This document shows positions 41,659 through 54,789 of a DNA stretch of 64,000 bases, in pieces. Source of the DNA: Chrysomallon squamiferum (taxonomy: Eukaryota > Animalia > Mollusca); contig CM022676.1 of NCBI GenBank assembly GCA_012295275.1, forward strand, positions 17,050,001 through 17,114,000, in the 5' to 3' direction. Numbering within the stretch: position 1 is the first letter of the stretch; each line of letters opens with the position of its first letter. A program made the translations under genes and the position numbers. The notes beneath the pieces are model-generated. The model ran no database searches. It saw nothing but the letters and a program-made list of their open reading frames with translations, and was not told where the DNA came from.

Positions 41659-42159
41659 GTAAAACAGATACAGACAATCACCTCAGATACAGGCTCACAT
41701 CTATCATAATTTATTTTGTGGTTCTCTATCAGTCAGAGTAGAATCTCATTTAAATGTGTGGTTTTTTTTTGTTTGTTTTTGTTTTTTTATTAATATTATT
41801 TTACAGACTTGTTCAAATTTAACATTTTAACAGAATTGCGAAATCTGTAACTGGTCAGTTTCTAATTAAAACAATCATACAACGACTAAAAAGAAGATTC
41901 AGTATGGTGAAGAAAACGGTGACGATGATGTTGATAATGTTGTTGCTGATGATATTGATGATGATACACTTTTCGTTTTAAGATACATTTAATATTAACA
42001 TTTTGCACTGCATTTTTTCATTTATAAGTTTATGTTTAAAAGTTCAATGCTTATCCCTAATTAAACTTACACCGCACATTCTTTAAAACAGGTTCTTGTC
42101 TATACTTACTCTGAATATTTCTAGTAATACATTTCTTACTTATTTACTGTTCGTATTTT

Positions 42160-42231
<72 letters not shown>

Positions 42232-42319
42232 TATTAAAGCTACACCCCATACTTCTAATAATGCGTTGCCGTTTGTGTTTTTGTTGTTGTTTTGTTTTTA
42301 TTTCCTCGAACTTGCTATT

Positions 42320-44066
42320 CTAATAATAGTGCATATCTCTGAAAATAGGTTATTTTTTTTTTACATTTCATTGTATATTTCTAATAATATTTTTTTAAAT
42401 TAATTTAATACTGCATATTTCTAATAATATATTTTAGTGACCTGTATATGTCCACAAATAGATTTATGTTTAAAGTTTCTCTCTATATTTCTAAGAATAT
42501 GCTTTTGTATAATGTTATGGTATATATTTGTAATAACATATTTCTCTTTAAATTTACATTGCATATTTCTAATAATACGCTTTCTTTTAAAATGACCCTG
42601 TATATTTACGAATAATACGTTTTTGTTTAAATTGATCCTGTACATTTTATAACTATATATTTACTAAAAGTTATCCAGTATATTTTGTAATAATGCATTT
42701 TTATTCTAATAATTTCCTAACGATGCTATTTTTTATTTAAAGTTCTCCTGTATATTTTCCTAAATAATAGTTTTTTTGGTATAAAGATTCACTGTTTATC
42801 TCTAACAATACGTTTTTTGTTTAAAGTGTCACGGTATTTTTAAAAATAAATCGATTTTGTTCTTACACTGGCATGTATATTTTCTAACAATTCCTGTTTC
42901 GTTTAAAGTTATCACATGTATTGTCTAATAATACGTTTTTGTTTAAAGTAACCCTGTATATATTCCTAATATTATATTTTTGTTCAAAGTTTCAGTGTAT
43001 ATTTCTAATAATACGTTTTTGTTTAAACTTATCCTCTATGTTTTCTAATAATACGTCTTTTGTTTAAACTTATTACGTACAATTCTAAGAACACGTTTTG
43101 TTTACAGTTATCCTGTTTATTTAACTAATATTTTGTTTAAAGTTGTCTTGTAAATGTTCCAATAATACGTGTTTTGTTTAAATTGATCCAGTATATTTTC
43201 CAATAATACGTTTTCGTTTATAATTTCACTCTGTATTTCTACTAATACATTTTGTTTATAGTTACCCCGTACAATTCTAGTAACACCTTTTTGTTTAAAG
43301 TTACACTGTACATTTCTATTAAAACGTATTTGTTTAATTACCCTGATAAGACATTTTTGTTTAAGTTTCTCTGTATATTTCTAATAATATGTTTTTGTTT
43401 AAAATGTTACTATATATTTCTAACAATACATTTCTCTTTAAAGTTACACTGCATATTTCCAATTATACGTCTTTTGTTGACAGTTATCTTGTATATTTTC
43501 CAGTAATACGTTTTTGTTTAATGTTACCCTATATATTTTTTGGTAATACGTATTTTGTTTAACACTATCCAGTATATTTTCCTAATAATATGTTTCTGTT
43601 TACTTTCACTGCATATTTCTAATAAAACGTTGTTGTGTAAATTACCCTGTATATTTTCTAATTATACGTTTTTCTTTTAAGTTATGTATATTTTCTAATA
43701 ATACATTTTTGTTTAAAGCTTCACTATATATTTCTAATAAATCATTTTTGTTTAGTATTACCATGTATATTTTCTAATAAAACACATTTTGTTTAACGTT
43801 ATCCAGTATATATTCCTAATCGAACCTTTTGGTTTAATCTTTTACTCTATATTTCTAATAATATGTTTCTGTTTAAAGTTATTCTATGTTTTACTAATAA
43901 TACTGCTATTTGTTTAAAGAAATCCTTTATATTTTCTAATTACCTGGTTTTGATTAAAATTACGTGTATGTCTGCCAATAATAAGTTTTTGTTTAAAGTT
44001 TCACTACATATTTCTAATAAATCTGTTTTGTTTAACTTTACCCTGTATATTTTCGAGCAGATCGTA

Positions 44067-44106
<40 letters not shown>

Positions 44107-45180
44107 GTTGTTGTTGTTGTTATTATTATTATTATTATTATATCTAGTCAAACTGAATATTTCTATTAATACATTTTTATTTAAAGTTACCCTGTATATT
44201 TTCCAATAATACGTTTCCGTTTCAAGTTTCACTGCATATTTCTAGTAAATCTATTTTGTTTATCGTTACCCTGTATATTTTCAGGCAATTCGAATTTCTT
44301 TTTTTATTTATTATCATTATTATTATTTTTTTTTAAGTTGTTAAGTATATTTTCTAGTAAGATGTTTTTGTTTAAAGTTTCGCTGTATTTTTCTAATAAA
44401 ACGTTTTTCGCTCAACATTACACTGTATATTTTCTAATAGTATATTTTTGATTAAAGTTGACCTGTATATTTTATAATAATACGTTTCTGTCTAAATATA
44501 TCGTGCATATTTCTTAATAATACGTTTTTTGTTCAAAGTCATCCTGTATATTTTCTAATTATACGTTTTTGCTTCAAGTTATCAAGTATATTTTCTAATA
44601 ATACATTTTTCTTTCAAGCTTCACTATACATTTCTAATAAATCATTCTTTTTTAATATCACCCTGTATATTTTCTAATAATACGCATTTTGTTCTACGTT
44701 ATCCAGTATGTATTCCTAATAACCCTTTTTTGTTTAAAGTTTTACTCTATCTTTCTAATAATACGTTTCTGTTTAAAGTTATCCTATATATTACTAATAA
44801 TACATATTTGTTTAAAGAAATCCTTTATATTTTCTAATTATCTGTTTTTGATTCCAGTTACCTGTGTATTTTCCAATAATGCGCTTTTGTTTAAAGTTTC
44901 ACTGTATATTCCTAATACATGTTTATTTTTTTGTTTAACGTTACCCTGTATATTTTCAACCAATTTGTCTTTTTTATTATTATTGTTTGTTTCAAAATTT
45001 CTCCAGTATGTTTTCTAAATAATACATTTTTGTTTAAAGTTTCACTATATATTTCTAATAACAACGTTTTTCTTTAACATTACACTGCATATTTTCTAAT
45101 AATACGTTTAGATTAAAGATATCCTGTATATTTTCTTACACTACGTTTTTCTTTAAAGTTACCCTGTACATTTTCTAATC
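42320..45180. repeat. AT-rich satellite, monomer about 40-41 bp
   Basis: Tandem degenerate TTTAAAGTTACCCTGTATATTTTCTAATAATACGTTTTTG units over about 2.9 kb. Confidence 0.9.
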
Positions 45181-45194
45181 AGCTTTAACAGGAA

Positions 45195-46530
45195 AACATA
45201 ATAATAATAATAATTAATAGCAACTTGTTTTTTTAAATTTTTCATAATTAAATTTGGGATACAAAAACATTACAAACACATTTAATTTACTGTCTTTGTT
45301 TTTTCTTTTTCATGTTTTCTTCTTGAATTCCTTTCAGTTCACATTCAGTATGCGGAAAGGAACAATATCCAGCGCTAAATGTGTTTTGAGTTCTGGTAAA
45401 ACAATTCTCCACATTTATCCATCATTTCAATGCAAAACTGCTCATCAGTAAATATTTATCTTTGTGTCAAGAATTTACCTTCAGTAGGCACAGTATTCCA
45501 CATTGGTAAGAAATAACTGGTACTGAACTTTGTAAGAGAGATACCTTTTTAAACAGACTTGCTCATCTATCATTTCATTGTTGTTTGATTATAACTTTGT
45601 GTAAGTTTTGTAATTCAGTGCTTCTTCCTTACTAACAGATTTCAATGAACACATTCTGACAATAATTAACTTTTCCTTACTGACAGATGTTAAAGTGTCA
45701 TCAAAGAATTCTGAAAGTACTTTGGGATACTTTTTGTCCAGAGTTTTAGGTTGATAGTTGCTTGCTTATCCTGCAACAACTGAAACGTTGACTGGTTTTG
45801 TCCTTGTGTGGCTCAATGCAGAAAGCAGCTTGGACAGGTTGTAAAGTTTTCTCTGCTTCAGGCCTGAGTTGATATACAAGTACTGATCTAACTGTTCTTC
45901 CTTCATCTTTGCTGAGTTAAGTCAACATCGTGCATAGTCTTATAGTACAACTTCATACTGCTAATAGAAAGATCCAGTGTGACTTTTCTTGTTTATTTCT
46001 TGCTGTTTCCTATATTTACTGAAGGGTCGTCTATAATTAAATTATAAGAAAACATGAAACTCTCACTCACTTTTTTGTGTATGTACATAACTATATATCC
46101 ATCACACATATACACATGAATGCACTCTGTCTTGCACACACACAAACATACTTACATATGTAAATTATATTCATAATCTTCAATAACCAGATAGACAGAT
46201 AGGTATCTCAAAATAGGCACGATTAGAGTGGTGAAATTCTTAGAATAAATATATTTTCATGACATATCAAAAATCTGAAACATATACCCTGTAAGTGTTA
46301 CTTCTTAAAAAAACAGTACAGCTGAACTAAAATAATCTGAGAAGAGACAAAAAGAAAAAAAAATTAAAATGTGTTCTCACATATAGCATTCTATACTTTC
46401 ATAATTTGTTTTCTTTAATTACAATAAACCAGTCAGTTGTGAAGATTTGAACTCACAGTAGCCAGGATGTGAGGTCCATCAACTGTTTTACCATCATCTC
46501 CAGGTCACTAGCTGTAAAATAGCAATGATA
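45195..46530 (-). mobile_element. Second copy of YqaJ-like ORF remnant plus adjacent PC7 exon (duplicate of about 39340-40650)
   Basis: Collinear similarity with 39.3-40.65 kb; YqaJ remnant at about 45290-46030. Confidence 0.75.
46457..46511 (-). pseudogene. PCSK7: PC7-like pseudo-exon, second copy
   Basis: S**PGDDGKTVDGPHILAT between CAG and GTGAGT. Confidence 0.75.
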
Positions 46531-46577
46531 ATAAATATAGTAATAATAATAATAATAACAATAATAATTATAATAAC

Positions 46578-46668
<91 letters not shown>

Positions 46669-46689
46669 CGATACACTAAACTCTTCACA

Positions 46690-47027
46690 TACCGGACCAA
46701 TTATCCGGCGTCGTGAAATCCCGAAAGACCAGAAAACCGGAACTTTTCCCGACGTAACTTTCATAGTTTCATTTTTCTCACCATACCGGAACTACTCCTT
46801 CAAGCCGCATGGTGTTCATTCACTCGCCGCGTTGTTTACGTGTCGAGTCACCACAGTTGTGTATCGTCAATTTTCTTTATTTTATTATTTTTTCTTTTTT
46901 AAATTATAAAATGTTTATGCCTAAATACTTACGAAATTAGATGCCTTGGCACGAGAAAACCGGAAAATCTAGAAATTCGGAACGCCTCAGGCCCCAAGGA
47001 GTCCCGATAATTGGTCCGGTACCTGTA
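46690..47027. mobile_element. MITE-like element with terminal inverted repeats
   Basis: TACCGGACCAATTATCCGG at the left and CCCGATAATTGGTCCGGTACCTGTA at the right; the right end ...CCTG TA resembles Tc1/mariner-pogo ends. Confidence 0.55.
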
Positions 47028-49139
47028 TTTAGGTGATAGTATTAGAACTACTGCTACTACTACTACTACTATAATAATAATTATTATTATAATGACGATA
47101 GCATTATGAGTATTTTTATTTATTTATTATTAATGTTGTTCGTGTTGTTATCATAAAATATTCTTCGATATTTACCATAAACCAGTGTGTTATGTAGAAA
47201 GAAAAAAAAATCTTTAAAGAGAATTCACACAAAAATATAGAGTCTTGACCAAATAGTTTACAAGTTCAATATGTCTGATCTGATTTAAGCAAAGTAATAA
47301 TAGTACGGCATATATTATATTTCAATAAATACAAAATACCTTCAAGTTTCAAAATGTCCGTCTTCGTAAGAAAGTACGTCCTTGCTTGGTGACTGTTTTC
47401 CTGGAACTGACAACGTCCTGTTTGACAGGTCACTGAAATATGTTTTGTGTATTGCTGTTTACAATGTCGTCTGCTCATAAACACGTGACTGAAATCAGAT
47501 GTGGAGGTCACGTCACCTTTAGCGGTAAATGTGCACTTTTCCACAACTTGTCACCGAACTCTATAGCAAAAATATTCTGCATTTTTTGTTTTCTTATTTA
47601 TTTCATGAAAACTCTTTACTAATAGCTAGCATTAAGATATTTTAAATCGAAAATTGCGGTTTAGAGATATTATTATTTTTTTTTTATTATTTCAAAATGC
47701 AATGCATGAAAGCCACTAGCAAAACAGATAAAGCAATTTTGCTTTACTGATCCCAAAACCAATATCAGCGAAACTAGAATATCAACATTTTCTCAAAAGA
47801 GAGGCAATGTCTTCGTTCGAATTTATATATTAAATCCACGATATGTTTAATGCATTACAACATAACTTAATATTTTGTGCTCGTAAACCACCATTTTCAT
47901 AATCATCAAACATTCTTCTTCTTTCTTTTTTTCTGATTATTTCTGAAATTATTAAAGAAATGGGTTTCTAATATTTTAAAGAAATAATTTGTTGGATTTG
48001 GCAGTGATGAAGACATATAAACAACTTTCGATAAAATTAAACTTTCGATTATAGTAATTTTTCATAAAGGTAAGAAACAACGACTGAAGCAACCTTTGAA
48101 CCTTATTGAAATTTTGCATTAAAGTTTAGCTGTTGTATCTGATCCGTGGAAAACCGTACCGCAAGTGTTGTAAATTGTGTAGCACATTTTAATGTATGTT
48201 TCTAACATATTTTGTCTGTGATCATTTTGGTATTTCACTAATTTTATTACATCTGTTATATCTTTATCAAATTTAAGAACATATATGTCTGTAAAATAGT
48301 TTAATGTCTCTACATATGCTCATGGAGTTTTATTTCACGAACCTAAGTGCAATGTTCAAACCAAGATTCCAAGAATCTCAAAACATAAAATGAAAACACA
48401 GTGATCCCCTTGTCTACAGCCTCTGTACATTTGACGCGATTAGTAATCTTACCATTTATGGTTAAACACGATTCATGTTTATGCTCCAAAGTTTTCGTTT
48501 CTTTCTTTACTTTTTTTCTAATTCCACGATATTATATAACTTTCGTTTTAGTTTTTAATCAAAATCCACAATAAATTAAGAATAAATCCGAAACATCAAA
48601 GGGAAATAACTTAAGCTTTGTATTCATGGAAGTGGTAAAGGAATTATCTCTCACTGTATCAGTAAACACTTTTCTTGTCTGCTCTATGAAAATAGTTAAA
48701 CACGATGTATTTGTTACTCACCATTTACTATGAACAGTCATAATTAAACAACATAATTAAACAACAACAACGACAACAACATAATAATAATAATAATAAT
48801 CCTGATTTATTAAAAAAATACTCTGTAAGGCCGAGTTCTATAATAATAAACTGATGGAGTAGAATAAACTATATGTAGTATACACCAATATGCAATACTG
48901 CTCTTGCACTTTATACTTATAAAAGGTTGGTTTAGAAAAAAAAATAATAACAAACTAAGATGGATACTGTTAAAAACAAGGCGGAGATCTCGATACTCCA
49001 CTTTTAAATGTAGCCTCGTAATTGCATGCACGTTTCTTTGTTCGTATGTCTATGCTTGTGTTTTTATATGTATAATTTAGCACTGACTATTCTTATGTAC
49101 GTCTAATTAGCCTGTAGACAATATTCAGGGAGGCGCTAG

Positions 49140-49370
49140 TACAGGCTAGACCAACCTCCTCAGATGCCGCTGTCGAGACTCGAACGTATGGCTTTCCGAA
49201 GGGAGACAACCCTATCGTTAAGCCATCAAGCCAAGCTTGAAAAGGTTGCTCAGTAACCGAGGGTAATCATCGCATCACACGAAGGACATTGTTTTTTGCT
49301 TGTCGAAATTTTCGTGTGCATCTGATTTTGTTCTCAAAACCTGCCAATGGCAAGTATGTGTCGTCTGCTA
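49140..49370 (-). mobile_element. tRNA-derived SINE-like repeat fragment
   Basis: Minus strand has TGGCTTAACGA and GTTCGAGTC (A-box and B-box like); related sequence occurs at about 21750-21860. Confidence 0.4.
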
Positions 49371-50127
49371 ATTTGTGTGTACGAGTGTGTTTGTGTGTGA
49401 GTGGGTTTTATTTATGTATGTATTTATGCATGAATATATATTTATGTATGTATGTCTGTATGTCTGTCTGTCTGTCTGTATGTATGGATGTATGTATGTA
49501 TTTATGTATGTATGTATGCATGTATGTATGTATTTATGTATGTATGTATGCATGTATGTATGCATGCGTCTCTGTCTACGTATATTTGTCAGTGTGCTCG
49601 AGGATTTATTCATTGAAAAGTCAGAAGTATCTCAGATCTAAATAATAAGTTTCCGCATGACATTTACACAATTAATATTTCTTCTATTTTGTTTCAGTTT
49701 TGAAGCATTTTTCTTTAAATTTTGAATCGTCAGGTGTTCTTGAAGAAATCTAGACTATAAAGAGAAGAACTCTTTGTCCATATAATTTGTGTTTTTCATT
49801 TAAATATAAATCAAAACCGGGATAACAGATCTAGAAGCGATATGGTTGTAATAGCAGTAGTCATAGTGGTAGTACTAGTACGATAGGTAATAGTAGTAGT
49901 AGCAGTAGCTGCAGCACTAGTAACAGTGGTAGTAGTACTGGAAAGACTAGGGCTAGTAATAACAGTAATAGTAGTAGTAGTAGTAGATGTAGTAGTTGTG
50001 GTATTACTAGTAATAGTAGTGATGGTAGTATTAGGAGTAGTTCCAGTTGTAGTAGAAGTAGTAATAGTAGTAATAACAGTGGTAGTAGGAGTAGTAGTAG
50101 TCCATGCATTAAATTGAACGGCTTACC

Positions 50128-51445
50128 TCAAGATGTGAGTAAAATCCCAGTTTTGGCTACTAAAGATTTCATCAGTCGACTGAAGCTGTTTTTGGTATCT
50201 GCACATCCAAAGAATGCACCTGTTGTATTTGAAATTGGACCGAGGAAAACCCTGCTGGTAAAGTCATCAGCCTGAAGAAAAGTTAAACGACTGTCCATCA
50301 AACAATCGTCATATGCACATCGTATGCAATAAGACCGGTAACGAAGCATCTGTCGGAAACGACCAGCAGTATCGTGGTGTGAAGAAGTTTGTTGAGAAAG
50401 TTGGTCTCAGCGTTACCTCTGCCAAAGTTTGTTCGATTCCTCGTCTCCTTTGTTATCTACAACGAAACGATCAGTACACCGTTATAGGATCTTACGATTT
50501 AGCTCTTCCGGTTGAATATCGTGCAGCTTTGTCTAAAGCACCTGTGATGACGCTAGAACAAACTCTACGAAATATACTGCCACCAGAAGAACGACCGATA
50601 GATTCAGAAGAAAAAGACGAATGGAGTAAATTGAGGAAGAACGTTCAGTCTGATCGACTAAAACCTGAGACAACTGCATCGGATATTCTTGCCCAGTACA
50701 TCACGTTGAAAGTAGAGCATGAAGCGATTCAACAACAACACCGAGAAAAAAAACCAGAACCTTTGTCAGAGGATGAAATTATTGTAGACTCACCAAGGAA
50801 AATCCTTTGGACGAAAATCGACAGCTCGATATGCACAAAAAGTGATCAACGCTATCACCAGAGAAGAGAAGACAAAAGTCGTGTAAGCTGCCGAACGAGA
50901 GGAAGCTAAAACATTAAAAGTAAGTTCTGAAGGCACGAAAATGACAGAAATAGCTAGTAGATTATTAGTTGTTAGTGTGGTAAAACCAGAGAACAATTAA
51001 TTACTTGGGTTAGAAATTACAAACAAGAAGCAAATGGAATTTGTACAATACCTGGAGAAAATCAACCATTGGTGGATTCACTTTTATCATGAGTGAGATT
51101 TCATTTTAGAGAGTTTTGAAGTCACAACTTCAAAATTGTGAATTCTAAAGTAGATCCGAAAGTGTCCATTATTGACTATTTGAGAACATAGGAACCTCCA
51201 AATGATTTAGATTTGGCTGAACCTGAAGAAAGCATGATGGATTTTTTATATTGGTGTTGTCATGCTCAAATTGTTGCACGAAAAATAGTATCCATTCTTC
51301 GAAAACGTGATACTGACCGTTACTGTGTCTGCTTGATTGGAGAATCCACAACAGGTAAATCGTATTGGATGATTGAACCATTCACGATTTTACAATCATC
51401 TGTAGTTGGACGTGCACGTAAAGACGCTGATTTGGTTTCGAGTCC
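50128..51445 (+). mobile_element. Endogenous parvovirus/densovirus-like NS1 (HUH endonuclease plus SF3 helicase) remnant
   Basis: RHMHIVC (HUH), RLLCYLQ (catalytic Tyr motif), then VCLIGESTTGKSYW (Walker A) in colinear, frameshifted, intronless ORFs 50313-50909 and 51213-51445. Confidence 0.65.
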
Positions 51446-51449
51446 AAAT

Positions 51450-52260
51450 ATTTCCAGTACTACTATTATTACTAACTCTACTACTGTTGACATTTACCTA
51501 ACTTACCTTGATATCCACCTGAACTTACCTTAATTACCGACATCATCTGAAATGAGAAATCAAATGCAAACTGTCAGAGCATACGAGGATTCGAACCCCA
51601 AGCAGCGAGCGTACCGAGCGTGAACGCTAATCACGACACCATGAGATCTCGGACGAGAAGCATGTGAAAATAACTTCTAGTCAATCCTGCGATCGATGTT
51701 GTGCAGTCGATTTTGGGTTATCTCCAAAGATGGCGATTATCTGCAGAAGCCGTCATTTTCATTTTATTTGATCTCACTATTTTAAATATAAATCAACACA
51801 CTCGTTAATATTTAGCATAAAAAATAAAATATTTAATAAAATAAACATTTATATAAAATTAAAAAAATTGCATTAATAGTTTCTTAAAAAAAAATGATGT
51901 CATTATTCCCGGACGTTATATAACTCTTATAGTATTGCAGGATATTATGCAAATTCAGAAAATGGCGGCTTCTACAAATAATCGCCATGTTGGGAGGTAA
52001 CTCCAAATCGATTGCACAACATCGATCGCAGGACTGACTAGAAGTTATTTTCGTATGGTGGTCGTCCGAGATCGGATGGTGTCGTGGTTAGAGTTCACGC
52101 TCGCTACGCTCGCTGCTTGGAGTTCAAATCCTTGCTCCGCTCGGATAATTTACCTATCCTTTCTCGTTTCAGGTGATGTCGGTCATCAGGTAATTAAGGT
52201 AAATAAAGGGGAACACAAAGACAAGTTAGATAAACGTAATAATAGTAGTACTGGAAATAG
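51450..52260. repeat. Long imperfect inverted repeat with tRNA-like A/B boxes in each arm
   Basis: About 51520-51765 is the reverse complement of about 51950-52205 (shared GAAAATAACTTCTAGTCA, CCTGCGATCGATGTTGTGCA, CCAAGCAGCGAGCGTA). Confidence 0.85.
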
Positions 52261-53352
52261 AAGGGCTAGTACTAGTAGTACTGCTGGAAATAGAAGGGCT
52301 AATAATAGTAGTAGTAGTACTGGAAATAGTAATAGTAGTGCTGGAAATAGTTCGGCTAATAATAGTAGTGCTGGAAATACAAGGGCTATTAATAATAATA
52401 GTAGTAGTACTGGAAATAAAAGAGTTAGTAAAAATAGTAGTAGTACCGGAAATAGAAGGGCTAATAATAGTAGTAGTATTACTGGAAATAGTAATAGTAG
52501 TGCTGGAAATAGTTCGGCTAGTAATAGTAGTACTGGAAATAGTAGGGCCAATAATAATACTAGTTCTGGAAATAGAACGGCTAGTAATAATAGTAGTAGT
52601 ACTAGAAATAGAAGTGCTAATAATAGTAGTAGTGCTGGAAATAAAAGGATTAGTAATAATAGTAGTACTGGAAATAGTTCGGCTAATAATAGTAGTGCTG
52701 GAAATAGAAGGGCTAATAATAGTAGTAGTGCTGGAAATAGTAATAGTAGTACCGGAAATAGTTCGTCTAATAATAGTAGTACTGGAAATATTAGGGCTAA
52801 TAATAGTAGTAGTGCTGGAAATAGAAGGGCTAAATTATAACAGTAGTAGTCCTGGAAATAGTTCGGCTAATAATAATAAAAATAGTAATAGTAGTTCTGG
52901 AAATAGAAGGGTTAGTAAAATAGTAGTAGTGCTGGAAATAGAAGGGCTAGTAATAATAGTAGTTCTACTGGAAATAGTAATAGTAGTGCTGGAAATAATA
53001 ATAATAATAGTAGTAGTGCTGGAAATAGTAGGGCTAATAATAATAATAGTAGTACTGGAAATAGTAATAGTAGTTCTACTAGAAATAGTAATAGTAGTGC
53101 TGGAAATAATAATAATAATAGTAGTAGTGCTGGAAATAATAGGGCTAATAATAGTAGTACTGGAAATAGTATGGCTAGTAATAATAGTAGTGCTGGAAAT
53201 AGAAAGGTTAGTAATAATAGTAGTGCTGGAAATGATAGGGCAATTTATAGTAGTACTAGTACTGGAAATATTTCGGCTAATAATAGTAGTGCTGAAATAT
53301 GGCTAGCAATAATAGCAAGTAAAGCCTGAAATAGAAGGCTTGGTAATAATAG
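52238..53352. repeat. Minisatellite (AATAGTAGTAGTGCTGGAAATAGAAGGGCT-like) running into the gap
   Basis: Tandem units of about 20-33 bp; related sequence at 49850-50100. Confidence 0.9.
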
Positions 53353-53552
53353 NNNNNNNNNNNNNNNNNNNNNNNNNNNNNNNNNNNNNNNNNNNNNNNN
53401 NNNNNNNNNNNNNNNNNNNNNNNNNNNNNNNNNNNNNNNNNNNNNNNNNNNNNNNNNNNNNNNNNNNNNNNNNNNNNNNNNNNNNNNNNNNNNNNNNNNN
53501 NNNNNNNNNNNNNNNNNNNNNNNNNNNNNNNNNNNNNNNNNNNNNNNNNNNN
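53353..53552. other. Assembly gap (200 N)
   Basis: Run of N. Confidence 1.
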
Positions 53553-54789
53553 AAATAAATATCTTTAGTGTCTCTGGTACAAAACACTTAAAAATAGTTG
53601 ATTCATCGACTATCAAAGTATTCTATTATTACAGATATTACTTAGAATAACACAATTGGTAACAACAATACGCAACCATTTATCAACACAACAGCGCAGT
53701 GTGAATCAATGTTATCAACATGTCTTAGCAATTATATACTATATACATTTTATTTTTAGTATAATCATATCCTTTCTTGCGTCAAAGATATAATGAAAAT
53801 ATATTTTGCTCATACTAAATGAGTAATATGATTATGAGTGGATTACTGATTTTTGCTAAATGATAATTATAACTCAGAATGGATGTGAAATATATCTAGA
53901 AATTCTTCATCCCAATTATATAGCTGTCAGGTTTTCATTTTTTCATTTTTTTTTTTTTTTTTTTTTTTTTAAACACAGCCTCACTTGCTTTCTGTCACGG
54001 TGATGTTTTACAGGTGCAGGGGTCTCTGATATTCTATCAGTGGCAAAGCTCATGTTACAGCTTGATAGCTTCTGGCAGAAACAATGGAGGTATCATGTGA
54101 TTACAGGATTTGTGTTTCAACATTCTTGTTGTAACAATCTGTAAGTCAAGAAATAAGGTTATACATACAGACATATACAGATATTTACGCAAATATATGC
54201 AGGCACACATAAACAGAAATTTGCAGACACACTCATACACACAAAGCAGCTTATACGTATGACAGTGACTTAGAATAATCTGTCTTGCTCTAACCTATTG
54301 AAACAGTAGATCCTGTTTAAGGTTTGATCCTCGTAAATAACACCCAGTATACCTGAGTGTGTATCCTGTATCAGTGACACAAGATTTGTATCTACCCTTC
54401 ATAACAAACAAACAGACACTTTACAATATATTTAATAGTCAAACACTAAGACCAGTATACTGAAGTATTCGGAGGTAGGGGGAGAGGGGAATAGCATTTT
54501 AAAATTATCTTTAAGTAAATTGTAAATTTAATATTATCTAATATCAGTTCATATTTTATTTTTATTTTAATTAACACTCCTACCATTGTATTGAGTCTTT
54601 GAGTGTTGTATATACCTTGAACGATAAAACACTATCTAGCGACAGAGAAAGAGATGGAGACAGAAAAAACAAATTTTAGTAAAGATTACAGTTTATTCCT
54701 CATGCTCAAGAATTATTCTTTGCAGGATTGTGCATAATATTTCTTTTCTACATTTTGAAAAAAAGAAAAAAAAAGAAGAAAATAACAGA

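Noticed and set aside
42320-45180. Regular ~40-bp repeats resembling a CRISPR array
   Set aside because: Contiguous degenerate monomers with no unique spacers, eukaryotic context and no cas genes.
47266-47544. 92-aa minus-strand ORF sharing SDFSHV with the remnant near 21700
   Set aside because: Similarity limited to six residues; no splice or domain support.
52070-52140. Possible tRNA gene (also near 51580-51650 and 49160-49230)
   Set aside because: A/B-box-like motifs are present, but I could not fold a convincing cloverleaf; treated as repeat-derived.
52055-53306. 261-aa N/S-rich and 322-aa I/V/L-rich ORFs
   Set aside because: Open only because the minisatellite lacks stops in those frames; the ORF start lies within an inverted-repeat arm.
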